From Prorocentrum cordatum (taxonomy: Eukaryota): a stretch of 57,220 bases of DNA. This document shows, piece after piece, positions 1 to 11,291 of this stretch. How positions within the stretch are numbered: the stretch's first letter is position 1; each line of letters starts with the position of its first letter. The stretch is from positions 62,001-119,220 of the forward strand of contig CAUYUJ010000040.1 in NCBI GenBank assembly GCA_963575745.1, in the 5' to 3' direction. Made by a program: the position numbers and the translations under genes. The notes under the pieces are model-generated. The model saw only the letters and a list, made by a program, of their open reading frames with translations, was not told where the DNA came from and did not search any database.

Positions 1-324
1 GTACCCATTCTTTCAGTACCCATTTCGTGCGTGCAGATGTTTGAGCTCGTGAATGCTGGAGCTCATCGGTCTTCGCATCCCTCGGAGATTCCAAAAGGGT
101 TGGGTTCCTTCTCTGAAGGATGCGACGGACGTTGACCTCAAGAATTCTCTTGCTCAAGCGGTGTGTCTGACATGGCCATGGTGAGCATGACGATGATGAT
201 GGTGTTGATGATGATGTCGTCTCCGCAACCATCGATCTGACAGATGCGACACGTGCACTCGCAGTGAAACGTCTTGCACCGATCGGCCAGGAGCGAACTG
301 CGTATCACCAGCGAGGAAGTTCAA

Positions 325-612
325 TCACCCCTCAGAGTCGGTTGGAATCTCGTGCCGCATTTGTTCAACGAGATCGGTGTCTCGAGCCTTACGGCATTCA
401 TCACAATCGCAGGCTGCTTGCGCAAGGCTCACGATCGAAGACGCACGCTTCTTTAGCACACGGAGTCGGACCCCTTGCCTGAAATTCTTCATCCTCAACA
501 CGCGCACCAGTTTGAGCAATGCACGGAAACGCCTCTTCACGATGGGGTTCGATTTGGTGATGTACACGGGAACTTTGGCCGGCTGCCATCTCAGATTCTT
601 TTTTATGGCCAT
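325..612 (-). CDS. Small basic hypothetical protein (95 aa, MAIKKNLRWQ...CDCDEC...), possible element cargo
   Basis: Non-repetitive K/R-rich ORF with ATG at 612. A DinoSL-like core AGCCATTTGGGC (668-657) lies about 45 nt upstream. No family recognised. Confidence 0.3.
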   Translation of the reverse strand: MAIKKNLRWQPAKVPVYITKSNPIVKRRFRALLKLVRVLRMKNFRQGVRLRVLKKRASSIVSLAQAACDCDECRKARDTDLVEQMRHEIPTDSEG

Positions 613-719
613 CGGGTGGTGTATGCTGGAGTTGAAAATCGATGGAGTTGAAAACCGCCCAAATGGCTCGAGCACGAACTGCCTCTACGGAATTGTTGTG
701 CCCAGGGTGGTTGCCAAGT

Positions 720-930
720 GTTGCATAGCATTGCGTAGCATTGCATCGTATTGCCACGCCCAGCATAGCATAGCGTTGCACAGCCTGTTTTGTTACGTCC
801 AACTTAGCATTGCATAGCGTTGTTTGTTGCATCCAACGTAGCATCGCACAGCGTTCCAGAACCTAGGATAGCCGATAGCATAGCATAGCATAGCATAGCA
901 TGTTCCATGCAGCTTCATTCGCATAGCATG
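720..930. repeat. Degenerate (GCATA)n pentamer tract
   Basis: gcatagcatagcatagc runs and variants seen directly. Confidence 0.8.
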
Positions 931-1057
931 CGCAAGCTCCCGATGCATCAGTCAGTATACTTGTTGTCTCTATGCCGTCCGAGCCGCGCTAGGTCACACC
1001 CACCCGCAGGGGAAAGCCAGATGCGCTTGGTCGCCACGGTTGGGACTCCTCCCCCCA

Positions 1058-1265
1058 TCCTCCTCCTCCTCCTCCTCCTCCTCCTCCTCCTCCTCCTCCT
1101 GATTCTCCCCCTCACCCTCCTCCTCCTCCTCCTCCTCCTCCTCCTCCTCCTCGTCCCCCTCCTCCTCCTCCTCCCCCTCCCCCTCCTTCTTCTCCGCCAC
1201 GAATGGATTCGGCTCGAGTTCTTTGTCAGAGCTGGCTCCCAACAAAGGGAGAGAAAGAAAGAGAT

Positions 1266-1322
<57 letters not shown>

Positions 1323-1345
1323 CCAAGAGCGAGAGAGAGAGAGAG
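1058..1345. repeat. (CCT)n followed by (GA)n microsatellites
   Basis: Seen directly. Confidence 0.9.
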
Positions 1346-1389
1346 TGGGTCAGGTGGATGAAGGGTGATGCATCTTCTCTTACTCAAGG

Positions 1390-3783
1390 TCAAAGACGCT
1401 TCGGCGTGTAAATCCGAGAGTCCAATCCGAGATCGGCGATGATGTGAAACGACTTAAACACTCGATGCTCGAACTTGTTGGCATGCGCGTGCTCCGCAAC
1501 GGTTCTGAATATCAAATTCAGTGCCTCATCTTTCCACACAGCATACCAAGTTGGATTTCCGTGCCATTGGATCCTGGTGGAACTTCTCGGACAACCGACC
1601 GACGACGGGCACGAGGACGAGGAGCAGGAGCATCCGAGGACGAGGGGGACAGGGAGAGGAAAGGAGATGAGGAGGAGGACGCGGAGGAGGAGGCGGAGGA
1701 GGAGGCGGAGGAGGAGGCGGAGGGGGAGGAGGAGACGAGGAGGAGGATGAGGAGGAGGAGGGCTAGTAGCCCCTCGCCTCCTCGTCCTGCCTCCTCCTCC
1801 TCTCTACCTCGTCCTCGTGCCCTCAGTCGGTCGGGTGTGCGAAGCCCCGCTCCTCTCCGCAAGGTGGGCGCTGAAATGAAACTTAGGAACGAAGTGCGCG
1901 TGGGCGCGTCCACACCGTAGCAGACAGGATTGCATCATGTCGAACAGTTTCTGAATGCTAGGGCGGGGCACGGCGATTGGCTCATCCTTCAGCGCAGTGT
2001 AGAAATCCCAGACAGACATGGCAGCCGCCAACACGTGTTTGTGGTATGGGATGTTGCGAAACCTGTCTTGATCGGCCAAATAAATAGCAAACTGAAGCAT
2101 TATCAAACTTTCATACGATTTTACCCTCATTGTGCCACCAATGAAAACCCCGTCGTCGTTGCACTCCGACTCCACAGGCTCCCCACCCAATGTAGATAGA
2201 GTAAGGTCACCAATTCTATCCCCCCAAGGAATTTCAGCTTTGACTTGCCACTCCATCAACATGTCCCTCATGTGCTTGCATCCCATGTCGAGTCTCGCTT
2301 CTTTGGTCCCATGGAGATTCCAGGGGTTCGATAATATTATCCTCCAGATAACCGTGCTCGCAATTCTCATAATTGGCCCACCGCAAAGCGTGTGCATTGT
2401 ATCTATTGCGCAGCCTGTTGTAGGATCAATACCTAAACCTGAAAACAATGGATTTCTATGAACTGCAGGGCCACACCTCTTATTTGTCTCGTCCTTCTGA
2501 AATCTCCACATCACAGCTTTGAAATGTGGCTTTGCAGGAAACACGTGCTGTGGATTTTGGAGCGTGTCCGACTGAGTTAGCACGTCTCCTGCTTTCAAGG
2601 ATAGGTGATCGAACTCGAGATCACTGCGCAGCGTTGGGCCATATCCTGTTTTGCCTTTGTTGAGCGATATCTTGTTGACAAGTTTTTGCAGGGTTGCGTC
2701 GTCATCCACATCCAAAGTGAATTCACACATCTTGCAAAAATCTTCATAGTCCCCCTCTAACACGGGTTCCCAAGGGATCTCGCTCAAGCTCATTTCGGCA
2801 TACCCATCATGCATGCTATGCTTCGCGCAGCAACAGAAGGGGCAAGGATTGTTTTTAGAACTGGCGCTGGGCAACGCGTGCGTCGACCCCACGTCCGACC
2901 AATCCCCCTTAAGCCAACGCACTTGGGCGTTGAAGCCTAAATCCTCACCGAAATCGTTCAATGCAGTTTTCATGATATGATTGGCTGGCCATGCGTTGCC
3001 ATTCACATCATGCAGAGGCCGTCGTCCATTGGCAAGAGCTTTGAAACAATAGTGTAGATATCTCAATATCGCCCACGTCGAATGCCAGCCCCTGCAACCG
3101 CACCTGCAAGACTGACTGTGGCGCCAAACCGCCCCGAGGTGTCGTTTTCCAGTGGCGACGTTTACTACCCAAAACCCCGTCATAGAGTCGACGTTGCTTG
3201 CCAATGGACTCTGGTATCTGACACCGTCCGTGTACAGTGCCAGAGGGATCGGCGCGCGGCGCTCGCTCCTCTCGCATTCCTTAAAAACAGGGTGGCGGTG
3301 ATAACACTCTGGCCATTCCATCGCCGCAACTTTATCGAAAAGCCCTGGCGCTGATGCAACCTCATCTGCCAGGCTCTCGAATACAAGGAGGACCTGAAGA
3401 TCAACACTCAACTCTAAACCCTTTTTCGGAGGTGCCGAAGGAACGTTGATCATATCATACAAACGTGTGTCCGAAAAAGCTGAGTCAAGTTTTGTCTGAT
3501 ATTTTCCGCTTTGGAGGTCTGGTGGCAAGGCGTATTTTGCAAACTCTCCTCCCACGCAACCCGCCGCATCAGCGTGATGACGCGCGATTGCAAAGTCTCG
3601 AGCTGAGATCTTCCCCACGGCGTATAATGACTTCAGATGGCGCAACAAATTCCAACCAGCAATCCGAAGATCATGCATCATATCATTGTATTCTTGTTTT
3701 TCGTACGCAGGCACGTAAGATTCAAGATCAATGAAACGGCGCCGTCGTTTGAAACCTTGGCCATGGGCAGGTGTGGGCATCAT
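1390..3783 (-). CDS. CMC/EnSpm/Plavaka-like DDE transposase, 2 exons (3783-1853, 1573-1390), 704 aa
   Basis: Motifs in order: PIPLALYTDGV (D1), CRCGC, WLKGDW (D2), PCPFC, AIDTMHT, FVPKFH. After a 279-bp GA-AG intron the frame continues in register as RIQWHGNPTWYAVWKDEALN (catalytic E) to TGA at 1392-1390. Spliced length is 2115 nt (705 codons) with no internal stops. Confidence 0.8.
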
Positions 3784-3929
3784 GGCGCATAAACCTGAGG
3801 CGAAACGCTTGCGGAAAATGTCAGTGGGGTTCCGTCTTCTCTCTCATTCTCTCAAGGGCCCCCATGTTAGTCCTCAAGGTTTCTAGGGTGGATCGTTCAG
3901 GGGGCTGAGATACTTAAGAGGCAACCTCA

Positions 3930-4260
3930 GAACCCTTTGGATTTGCCCTCCCCCCCTTCCCCCACCGAAGACAGCCCTCCTAGACATGCCCCAAGACCCC
4001 AATAGCCTAAGCTCGCCAAGACCGTAAGACTCCCACACCAAGACCACCAAGACTTTAAGACCCCACAACCTTAAGGACTGCACATCTCCCAAGAACCTCG
4101 AACCCCAGGGCCCCAAGACTTCCCCAATCCGAATCGCCAGGACCCCAAGATCCCCAAGACCCCATGTCTCCGATCCCCAACAGATCCCCAAACAACACAA
4201 TCCCAAAGAGACCCCAGGACCCCCAAAGAGACCCCAGGACCCCTAACGCCGTATCCTCCC
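3930..4260. repeat. Degenerate CCCCAAGA short-period repeat
   Basis: Repeated ccccaaga/ccccagga units. Confidence 0.6.
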
Positions 4261-4892
4261 GCCCCCCCGAGCCAATCGACTTACCGCGAGGCATCCCGCC
4301 TGCGGTCTCGAGTCGGCCCGAGGGGTCATGGAGTATATGGCGATGGGGAGGGTGAGGCGGGGCGTCCATGGGCCTGTCCAGACGCGCCGATTCGCGAAGC
4401 ACGATCAATCGGCACTCACAGCCGCAATTCTGCATGATCCCGAGGCTGGCAGTACCCAATCCCTGTAGGACAGGGGGTGAAGGGACGATGAGGATCAGGT
4501 AGGGAGGAGATGGCTGGGAGGAGGAAGAGGAGGTAGGCAGGGAGGAGGAGGAGGTAGGGGGAGGAGGAGGTGGGCAGGGGGAGGCAGAGAGGAAGGAGGT
4601 ATGGAGGAGGAGGAGGAGGAGGTAGGAGGGAGCAGGCATGGAGGAGGAGGAGGTAGGCAGGGAGGAGGGAGCTGGCAGGGAGCAGGCAGGCAGGGATCAG
4701 AGAGGGAGCAGGCAGGCAGGGAGATGGGCAGTCCGAAGCGGTTCGGAGGAGGATCAGGTGAGGGAGCAGGCAGGGATTTGGTAGGTCAACAGAGATTGCC
4801 GAGATAACGGCCTGATCCGCCCGATCAGTGTAGGAAAATTTGGTTGGTCACGGCCCCCAGCGGTTCTGATCTGTCAATCTCGGGCCAGCCCC

Positions 4893-5227
4893 GACTCAAC
4901 GGACCTCACCGGGTCTCAACGCGTCGCGTTGAGACGCGTTGAGTCTCACCATCCCTGTAAAAACACAGGGTCCCAGGGCCCACTCAACGCGAATCACCGG
5001 GTCTCAACGCGTCGCGTTGAGACCCGTTGAGTCCAGCTTTTTCCGTCACAGGAAGGGTGATTCCAGGTTTTTCCGTCCCAGTCCAGGTTTTTCCGTCCCA
5101 CTCCAGGTTTTTCCGTCCCAGTCAAGGTTTTTCCGTCCCAGTCCAAGTTTTTCCGTCCCAGTCAAGGTTTTTCCGTCCCAGTCAGAGTTTTTCCGTCCCA
5201 GGAAGGGTGAGTCCAGGTTTTTCCGTC
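4893..5227. repeat. Two nested palindromes followed by nine copies of a 20-bp unit (GTCCAGGTTTTTCCGTCCCA)
   Basis: GTCTCAACGCG-T-CGCGTTGAGAC at 4913-4935 and, with longer arms, 4998-5026. 20-mers start at 5031, 5061, 5081, 5101, 5121, 5141, 5161, 5181 and 5211 (last one partial). A 10-bp spacer GGAAGGGTGA occurs at 5051 and 5201. Confidence 0.92.
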
Positions 5228-5724
5228 GGTTGAGGTGTCGGTTGAGGGATCAGGGCCTGCCAGCAGCGCTCAGCATGCTCTCGGCGTGCTCCCCGCACGC
5301 CCGCATGCCTGACCAGGGGCTGGAGGCCTCCCCCCACCTCTTCCTCCTGGTCCTCAGGGTCCGTCCTTCCCTCGAGCCCTGGGGTCCTGAGACGTTTCCG
5401 AGCTCCTCCTCCTCCTCCACCTCCTCCTCCTCCTCCTCTCTCCTTTCCCTCCTCATCTTCCTCCTCCTGTTTCCATCTTTCCCCCTCCTCTCTCCTCCTC
5501 CTCCTCCTCCTCCTCCTCATCATCACCATCATCATCATCATCATCATCATTCTCATCCTCATCCTCATCCTCATCCTTTTCCTCATCCTCATCCTCTTCC
5601 TCCTCCTCATCCTCTTCCTCCTCCTCCTCCTCCTCCTAGTTGCGCCTCCCGTGCGCAGCACCCCGCGTGCTGCCCATCTCCGTGACGCCGAAGCCCACGG
5701 AGTGCACGATCGTCGCGAGGACGA

Positions 5725-7677
5725 TCAGGCCGCAGACGAGCTCCGCATGCGCTTCTGGCCATCTGACTTGTTCGCGAGCTTCGCGCTCTCGGTGACCCAC
5801 GCGTCGTGCATTGACACAATCATACGCGTCGCCTTCACGAGCTTGTTGCTTCCAGGGTTCACCTTCTCGCTGAAGTCCTGCAGCCAGCGCTCGAACTGAG
5901 AGATGGCATCCTCGTTCTTCTTCGCCTTGATCTTCTGGAGCATCTCCGCGACGTCGCCGCTGATGAACTTCGAGAAGTTCACATTGCTCTTCAGCTCCTT
6001 GTCGAGGTTATCCCTGGCTTTCAACACCTTTCCGATGTGGCCTGGCGTGTCGAACACGGTCCAGCTTTCGTCGGTACCTTTCACGTCGGAGATCAACGCA
6101 TCTGCTGCGGCGATGGCCATGCTGTAGGCGAGCTTGGCAGCCTTGGCATCGCTGATCAGAGAGTTCGCCTTCCTCTTCTTGGGTTGCTCTTCTGGAGTTG
6201 GAGGCTCTGCAGCTGGCTGCTCAGGACCCTTGCGCCTCCTCCTGCGACCCTCAGGCTCTGTGGGAGGCTCTGGCTGCGTCTCATCCTCGGCTTTCGGCTC
6301 TGCCGTCTCCTCTGCCTTCTCCTCTGCCGTCACCTCGGGCTTCTCCTCGGGCTCCACCTGCGCCTCTGCAGGCGGTGCAGGCGGCGCAGGAGCCGCCTCA
6401 TTCTGCAACATTGCAGCCCTCGTGCCGATGCTCAGCCAGGAGTCCTTGTTCTTGATATCGGTGCTGCCCGAGCTGTAGGCCGTCTTCGTCAGCTGCCAGC
6501 GCTCCTCGTACGACTCCTCGGTGCCGTCGATCCTGTAAAGGTACAGCCAGTCCTTGCGCCACGTGCACCACTTGTAGAACGGTGGCCCCATCGCAACGCA
6601 TTTCAACGTGTAGTTGATCGCGTTCTGTTCTCCTCTCTTGCCCCCGCCCTCCTCCGTGATGATGCGGTTCAGCGCGTAGTGGCGCTCGTCAGAGAAGGTC
6701 CTCTTCGACAAGCGCTCCATCTTGACCTTCTCCTGCTTCCACTCCGTGAACTGCTTCTTCATCCACCTCGCGCGGAAGTCGCGCTGCGCATCGGGGTTGC
6801 GGCCAAGTGCTTTGTAGTTCTGCTTCGCTTCGATGCTCTCTTCGCTCTTGCCGTTGATGAATCTGTCCCACTGGCCGCCCGCTGGATTGCCAGCGGCACC
6901 CCGAGCATCGAATTTCCAATCCTGCGCCATCATCTGCTTGAAGAATTTCGCCCTCGGCTCATTCAAGTTCAAGACATCCATATCCGACAACAAGTTATCA
7001 TTGCTGGTGGCCTTGTGGGCGTCGGCCATGAGCTTGTCCATACTCGCTGGAAGGTCGCGACCTGCGCTCATCAGGCTGTTGGCCTCATCCTCAAGCATGG
7101 CCTCCAAGTCGCGTGCTCGACCAACGTCACCATCCGAGCCTACCCAAGATGACGCAGCTGTCGATGGCACGGCTGTCGAGGCCTCGACCCCCGTCTCCTT
7201 CATCGCATAAATCTTCATGCTGGCCTCCGTCACCCTCTTGGCGAAATCCACATCCACGTCCTCGCTATCCTCGGCGCAGGCGTCTAGCAGCCCGTCTGCG
7301 TCCTCCACCTCTTGCTCCTCAATCTTCATTTTGAGCTGGTGGAGGTAGTCCTGCTCCTCGCCATCATCGGAGCTGACCTCCACCATGTCGGCATACGGAT
7401 CCTCCAGGACCTGGCTGGTGAACGCCTGGTCCATCGATGCCTCAGCCATCGTTGCATCGATCTCAGTCTGAGTAGCTGGCTGGGTGTCGGAGCTATCGTC
7501 CTCGGGCTCGGTGCCGCCGTTGCCCTCGCAGGGCGGCATGAGGGCCACGGGCTCGGCGGGTTGCTCGCTGTCTGCCTCGACCCCGAGCGTCTGGGTCTCG
7601 ACGGGGGAGCTGGGCACAGTCTCGTCGGGACCCTGATCATTGCTGTCAGGCAACGACTCTGGCTCCTGAGACGCCAT
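5725..7677 (-). CDS. Hypothetical 650-aa protein: acidic N-terminus, W/Y/K-rich central domain, P/E linker with basic NLS-like motifs, helical C-terminus
   Basis: Long uninterrupted, intronless ORF with GC3-rich codons and non-repetitive protein-like sequence. No family recognised. Confidence 0.75.
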   Translation of the reverse strand: MASQEPESLPDSNDQGPDETVPSSPVETQTLGVEADSEQPAEPVALMPPCEGNGGTEPEDDSSDTQPATQTEIDATMAEASMDQAFTSQVLEDPYADMVEVSSDDGEEQDYLHQLKMKIEEQEVEDADGLLDACAEDSEDVDVDFAKRVTEASMKIYAMKETGVEASTAVPSTAASSWVGSDGDVGRARDLEAMLEDEANSLMSAGRDLPASMDKLMADAHKATSNDNLLSDMDVLNLNEPRAKFFKQMMAQDWKFDARGAAGNPAGGQWDRFINGKSEESIEAKQNYKALGRNPDAQRDFRARWMKKQFTEWKQEKVKMERLSKRTFSDERHYALNRIITEEGGGKRGEQNAINYTLKCVAMGPPFYKWCTWRKDWLYLYRIDGTEESYEERWQLTKTAYSSGSTDIKNKDSWLSIGTRAAMLQNEAAPAPPAPPAEAQVEPEEKPEVTAEEKAEETAEPKAEDETQPEPPTEPEGRRRRRKGPEQPAAEPPTPEEQPKKRKANSLISDAKAAKLAYSMAIAAADALISDVKGTDESWTVFDTPGHIGKVLKARDNLDKELKSNVNFSKFISGDVAEMLQKIKAKKNEDAISQFERWLQDFSEKVNPGSNKLVKATRMIVSMHDAWVTESAKLANKSDGQKRMRSSSAA

Positions 7678-8050
7678 GGTCCCGCGCTGCGCAGGTCTGT
7701 GTCCTTCGGGCCAGGGCGCCGCTCGGGCACCAGGACTTGGGCCAGAAACTGGCTGAGGGTTGGGGTTGATTTGATTCGTGTCTGAGTGCTTCGAATGTCA
7801 TCTGAAAAAAAAAAAAAACTTATCCTCTCACGCTTCCCCGTTCTCTCCCTCCTCTCGCCCTCTCATCTCCCTCCTGTCCCTCTCCCTCCCCTCTCGTTCC
7901 TTCGTCCGTCCCTCCTCCGTCCTCCTCGGGGCCTCCTCTTCCTGCCAGTCCATCGGCTCCCAACTTGGGCCTCCCCGAGGCCCTGCCCCGTACGTTCAGT
8001 CGTGTTCCGTTTTTTTCTGGGCCCCCGCTTGGTTGGCAACAGCCTCGAGT

Positions 8051-10459
8051 CTAGCGGACGGCGTCCCTCAGATCGAGTTGGTTCATGAAGTTCTCTGGCG
8101 GCGAGTCCATGTCGGACATCTCTGCCTTTCGAGGGGAGCGATGATGGGCAAAAGATGGACAGGTGGGGGAGAGGTGCAGGATTGGTGGCCTAGTGCGACG
8201 AGAGTTTCTTGTCGAGCTGTGCCCTCAGCTTAATGTACTCGGAGACTTCCTTAATGGAACTGTTTAAGATCGGTTTGAAAATGGGGGGGGGGGGGGCGAG
8301 TGGGACCAGGCGGTCCTTTAACTTGCTGTTCTCCCTCCAGCGGCAGATGAAATCGACCCTGGCCCGTTGTATTCTGGCACGAAACACCGCTTTAGTTTTG
8401 GGGTCCATCAAGCTGCACTGTTCTGGCCTCAGCCTGTCAGACACGACCTCGGGCATGATGCTGGGAGCGGGTTCCATGTCCTCGATTCGCAGCCGAATGA
8501 CCGAGAGTAAGAGAAGAAAGGCGAGGAGTCAGAGGAGGCAGACTAGGATAATGAAGAGCAGGAGGAGGAGGATGATGATGATGATGATGGGAAGGAGGAG
8601 GAGGAGCGGCAGCAGCAGCAGACGGCTGAGGATGACCTCGGTTTCGAACTGCAGCTTTTCGATGTGATACTTGCCGTGGGCCGCCAGGAACCCATGTCTG
8701 TCGTACGTGGGGGGGTCGCAGCTGTGGTCGACGAAGTGCTGCGGTTTCGGTTCGACCGATATCGAGGGAGCTGGATGAGGATGTGAGGATACATCAGGAG
8801 AAGGAAGAGTAGGACGTCGACCTCTGCGTCTTCCCCGATAGTGCATAAGTAATACACAAGCCGTCGATATTCGGGCGGGATCTGGGGGGCAGGAGGTCAG
8901 GATAACACGGCGAGGATGAGGAGGAGAATGAGGGAGGGGAGGTGGATGAGAAGGATGAGCAGGAAGGGGAGGAGGAGAAACAGGAGGAGGAGGGGGAGGA
9001 GGCGAAGAGGGAGGAGGCGGAGGAGGAGAAGGAGGAGGAGGAGGAGGATACTACCCTTTCCATTCCCAACGCCTCCGTTGTCGCAGCAATCGGCGCTGGC
9101 GACGTAGCCGTCGGTGCTGAAGTAGCCTTCGGTGTTGGCGAAGTAGCCTTCGGTGGTGGCGAAGTAGCCTTCGGTGCTGAAGTAGCCTTCGGTGTTGAAG
9201 TAGCCGTCGGTGCTGAAGTAGCCGTCGGTGCTGAAGTAGCCTTCGGTGGTGGCGTAGCCGTCGGTGCTGACGTAGCTCTCGCTGCTTTCGCAGCTGGGCC
9301 CGCTGGCGAAGCCGCTGCGGGTCGCTTCATACCCGCTGGTTGGTTAGCAGCAATTCCGTCACCGATGTCATCGCTGTCAGAGAACGTCCACGGGCTCGGC
9401 CTCCTCAATATGTTCCTCCTCGTCCCCCTCAGCGCGTTCGGTGTCCTCTTCGGCGGCGTCGTCCATGTTCTGAGCCTCCGCGCCCGATGGCCGTTTGGCA
9501 ACAGCGGCCGGCCGCTTCAGAACTGCGCAATTTGGCAATGGTTTGAACACGTGCTTTTTCTTGGCCTGCTCCGCCTCTGATTTACTCATCTCTCCACGGG
9601 CCATCTGCTCGACGAACCCCTTCATCGCCTCAATCGCTTCCTCCTTTGCTGATGGCTCGTGGTGTGTAATCACAAGTTGAAGGCGCGCGACCTCGTCCTT
9701 GGCCCCTTCTCCCCTCATCTTGATCCGCAACATGTTGACGACGTTGTCCTTCTGGGTCTCGTTCTGCTCCAGCAGCCTCCACGTAGTGCCCTTGTACTCG
9801 TACCTGTGTAGCTCATGACATCTACTTCCCTTTCGAGCTGCATGGTGCTTTTGTTGATTGAGCTCGGCGTATGTTAAGGATGGAATCTCCCATGTCCCAC
9901 CGCCCGTCCACTTCGCAACCACGCAATCTGTATCATCTGCGGCGTCGTCCGTCACTAGGGGCAAAGACGGTTGCCTGACGCCGAGGCCGCCCCTTGATAA
10001 AATCTCGCAGCGGTAAGCCAACATCTCGTCCTTCTCAAACTTGTACTCGTAGTTGCGGCATGCTGAGCTTCCTGAGATACCACTTGTCGGGGCGTCATTC
10101 AGGAAAAACACAAGCCACTCTGGTGGCTCATCCGACTGCGCCGCCTTGTGTATTATGATTGCCTGGTCGACGTCGCGCCGTAGCGCGCGCATTCTGTGCG
10201 CCATCTTGTCGCTGTATGCGTCAATCTCTGCTCCGAGTTTCCAATCCTTCTCCCTCTCACGAGCTGCAGCGGCCACTGCTCTAGCCATCGCTTTTTGGGC
10301 CATCCCATGAGGTATGCATCTGATTAACTCTTGGTAGCGTGTAATCATCGGCGTGTCCCGAGGTCCGCACAACTGGTCTCTGTAGGCGATCAGCGCAGAG
10401 CTGTCCAGGAAATCCAAACAACCTTTTTTGACAGCCTCCTGGTCTTCGCTCAAAGACAT
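8051..10459 (-). CDS. Probable multi-exon hypothetical gene, possibly frameshifted, with KRPAA motifs and an ATSAP/ATSP repeat
   Basis: Main ORF runs 10459 (or 10519) to 9377, then continues in another frame as SDSDD...MKRPAAASP(ATSAPT)n. Candidate downstream exons: 8881-8822, 8770-8637, 8480-about 8317 and 8125-8051 (AEMSDMD...DAVR*), separated by CT-rich intron-like tracts. Exon phases are not fully consistent. Confidence 0.5.
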
Positions 10460-11291
10460 CGTGCGCAGAGCGTGTGACCAGCACGCCAGCGAAAGAAATA
10501 TGGAGTGAAACAACTTCATATATACATAACTTCGTCGAAGCGTCGAAGAAATGCACCTATCGCGCCAAAACGGCTACACACGGAGGAGGACAGGCGGGGG
10601 GGAGGACGGGGCGACATTCGTATCAACCCTTGTCTTCTAACAGGGGAACCGTACGTGTGAGGGGTGTTCTGAAATGAATGGTGTTTGCGCGTGCGGTCTG
10701 TGCCACTGGAGTCATCGGTGGAGCTGCCTTAGGGATGTGCCGAAATGGGTGCCGTTGACGCATGTGGCCTGTGCTGCTGAGGCTTTCGGTGGAGCTACCG
10801 AGGGGTATCTGTCAAAAGAAATGCCGCCGACCCCTTTCAGACGGCCGCCAAGCACGTGATCAGAATTCGCCGACCTGGGGAGGTCGCTAGGCGTGTGAGG
10901 CTTACGCTGAATAAGGAATTCGCCGACCTCATAAGAGGCCCCCAGGCGTGTGAGAACTATCATATGGGTATCGTATGGACGCTACACAGCAAAGCGCACA
11001 TATACTTTAGTGTAATATTTAACAGATGTTGCACAATTGTATGTTCTCTTAACACAGCTAGAATATATATATATATATATGTATATATATATCATAATAT
11101 ACCATGTGTATACATACTATACGTACACTATGTCACGCGTACACGATGTATCAGTGTATGCACAGATGCACACGCTGTGCACTACACAATCTATATATAT
11201 ACATATACATAATATATGTATATGTGTGTATGTATATAAACATATATATATATAGAACAATACATGCATATGACTAATACTACACACTTGT

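Noticed and set aside
5031..5227. CRISPR-like array
   Set aside because: Units are contiguous 20-mers without unique spacers, there are no cas genes, and the context is eukaryotic.
6037..7152. 371-aa plus-strand ORF
   Set aside because: Antisense shadow of the GC3-rich 650-aa gene.
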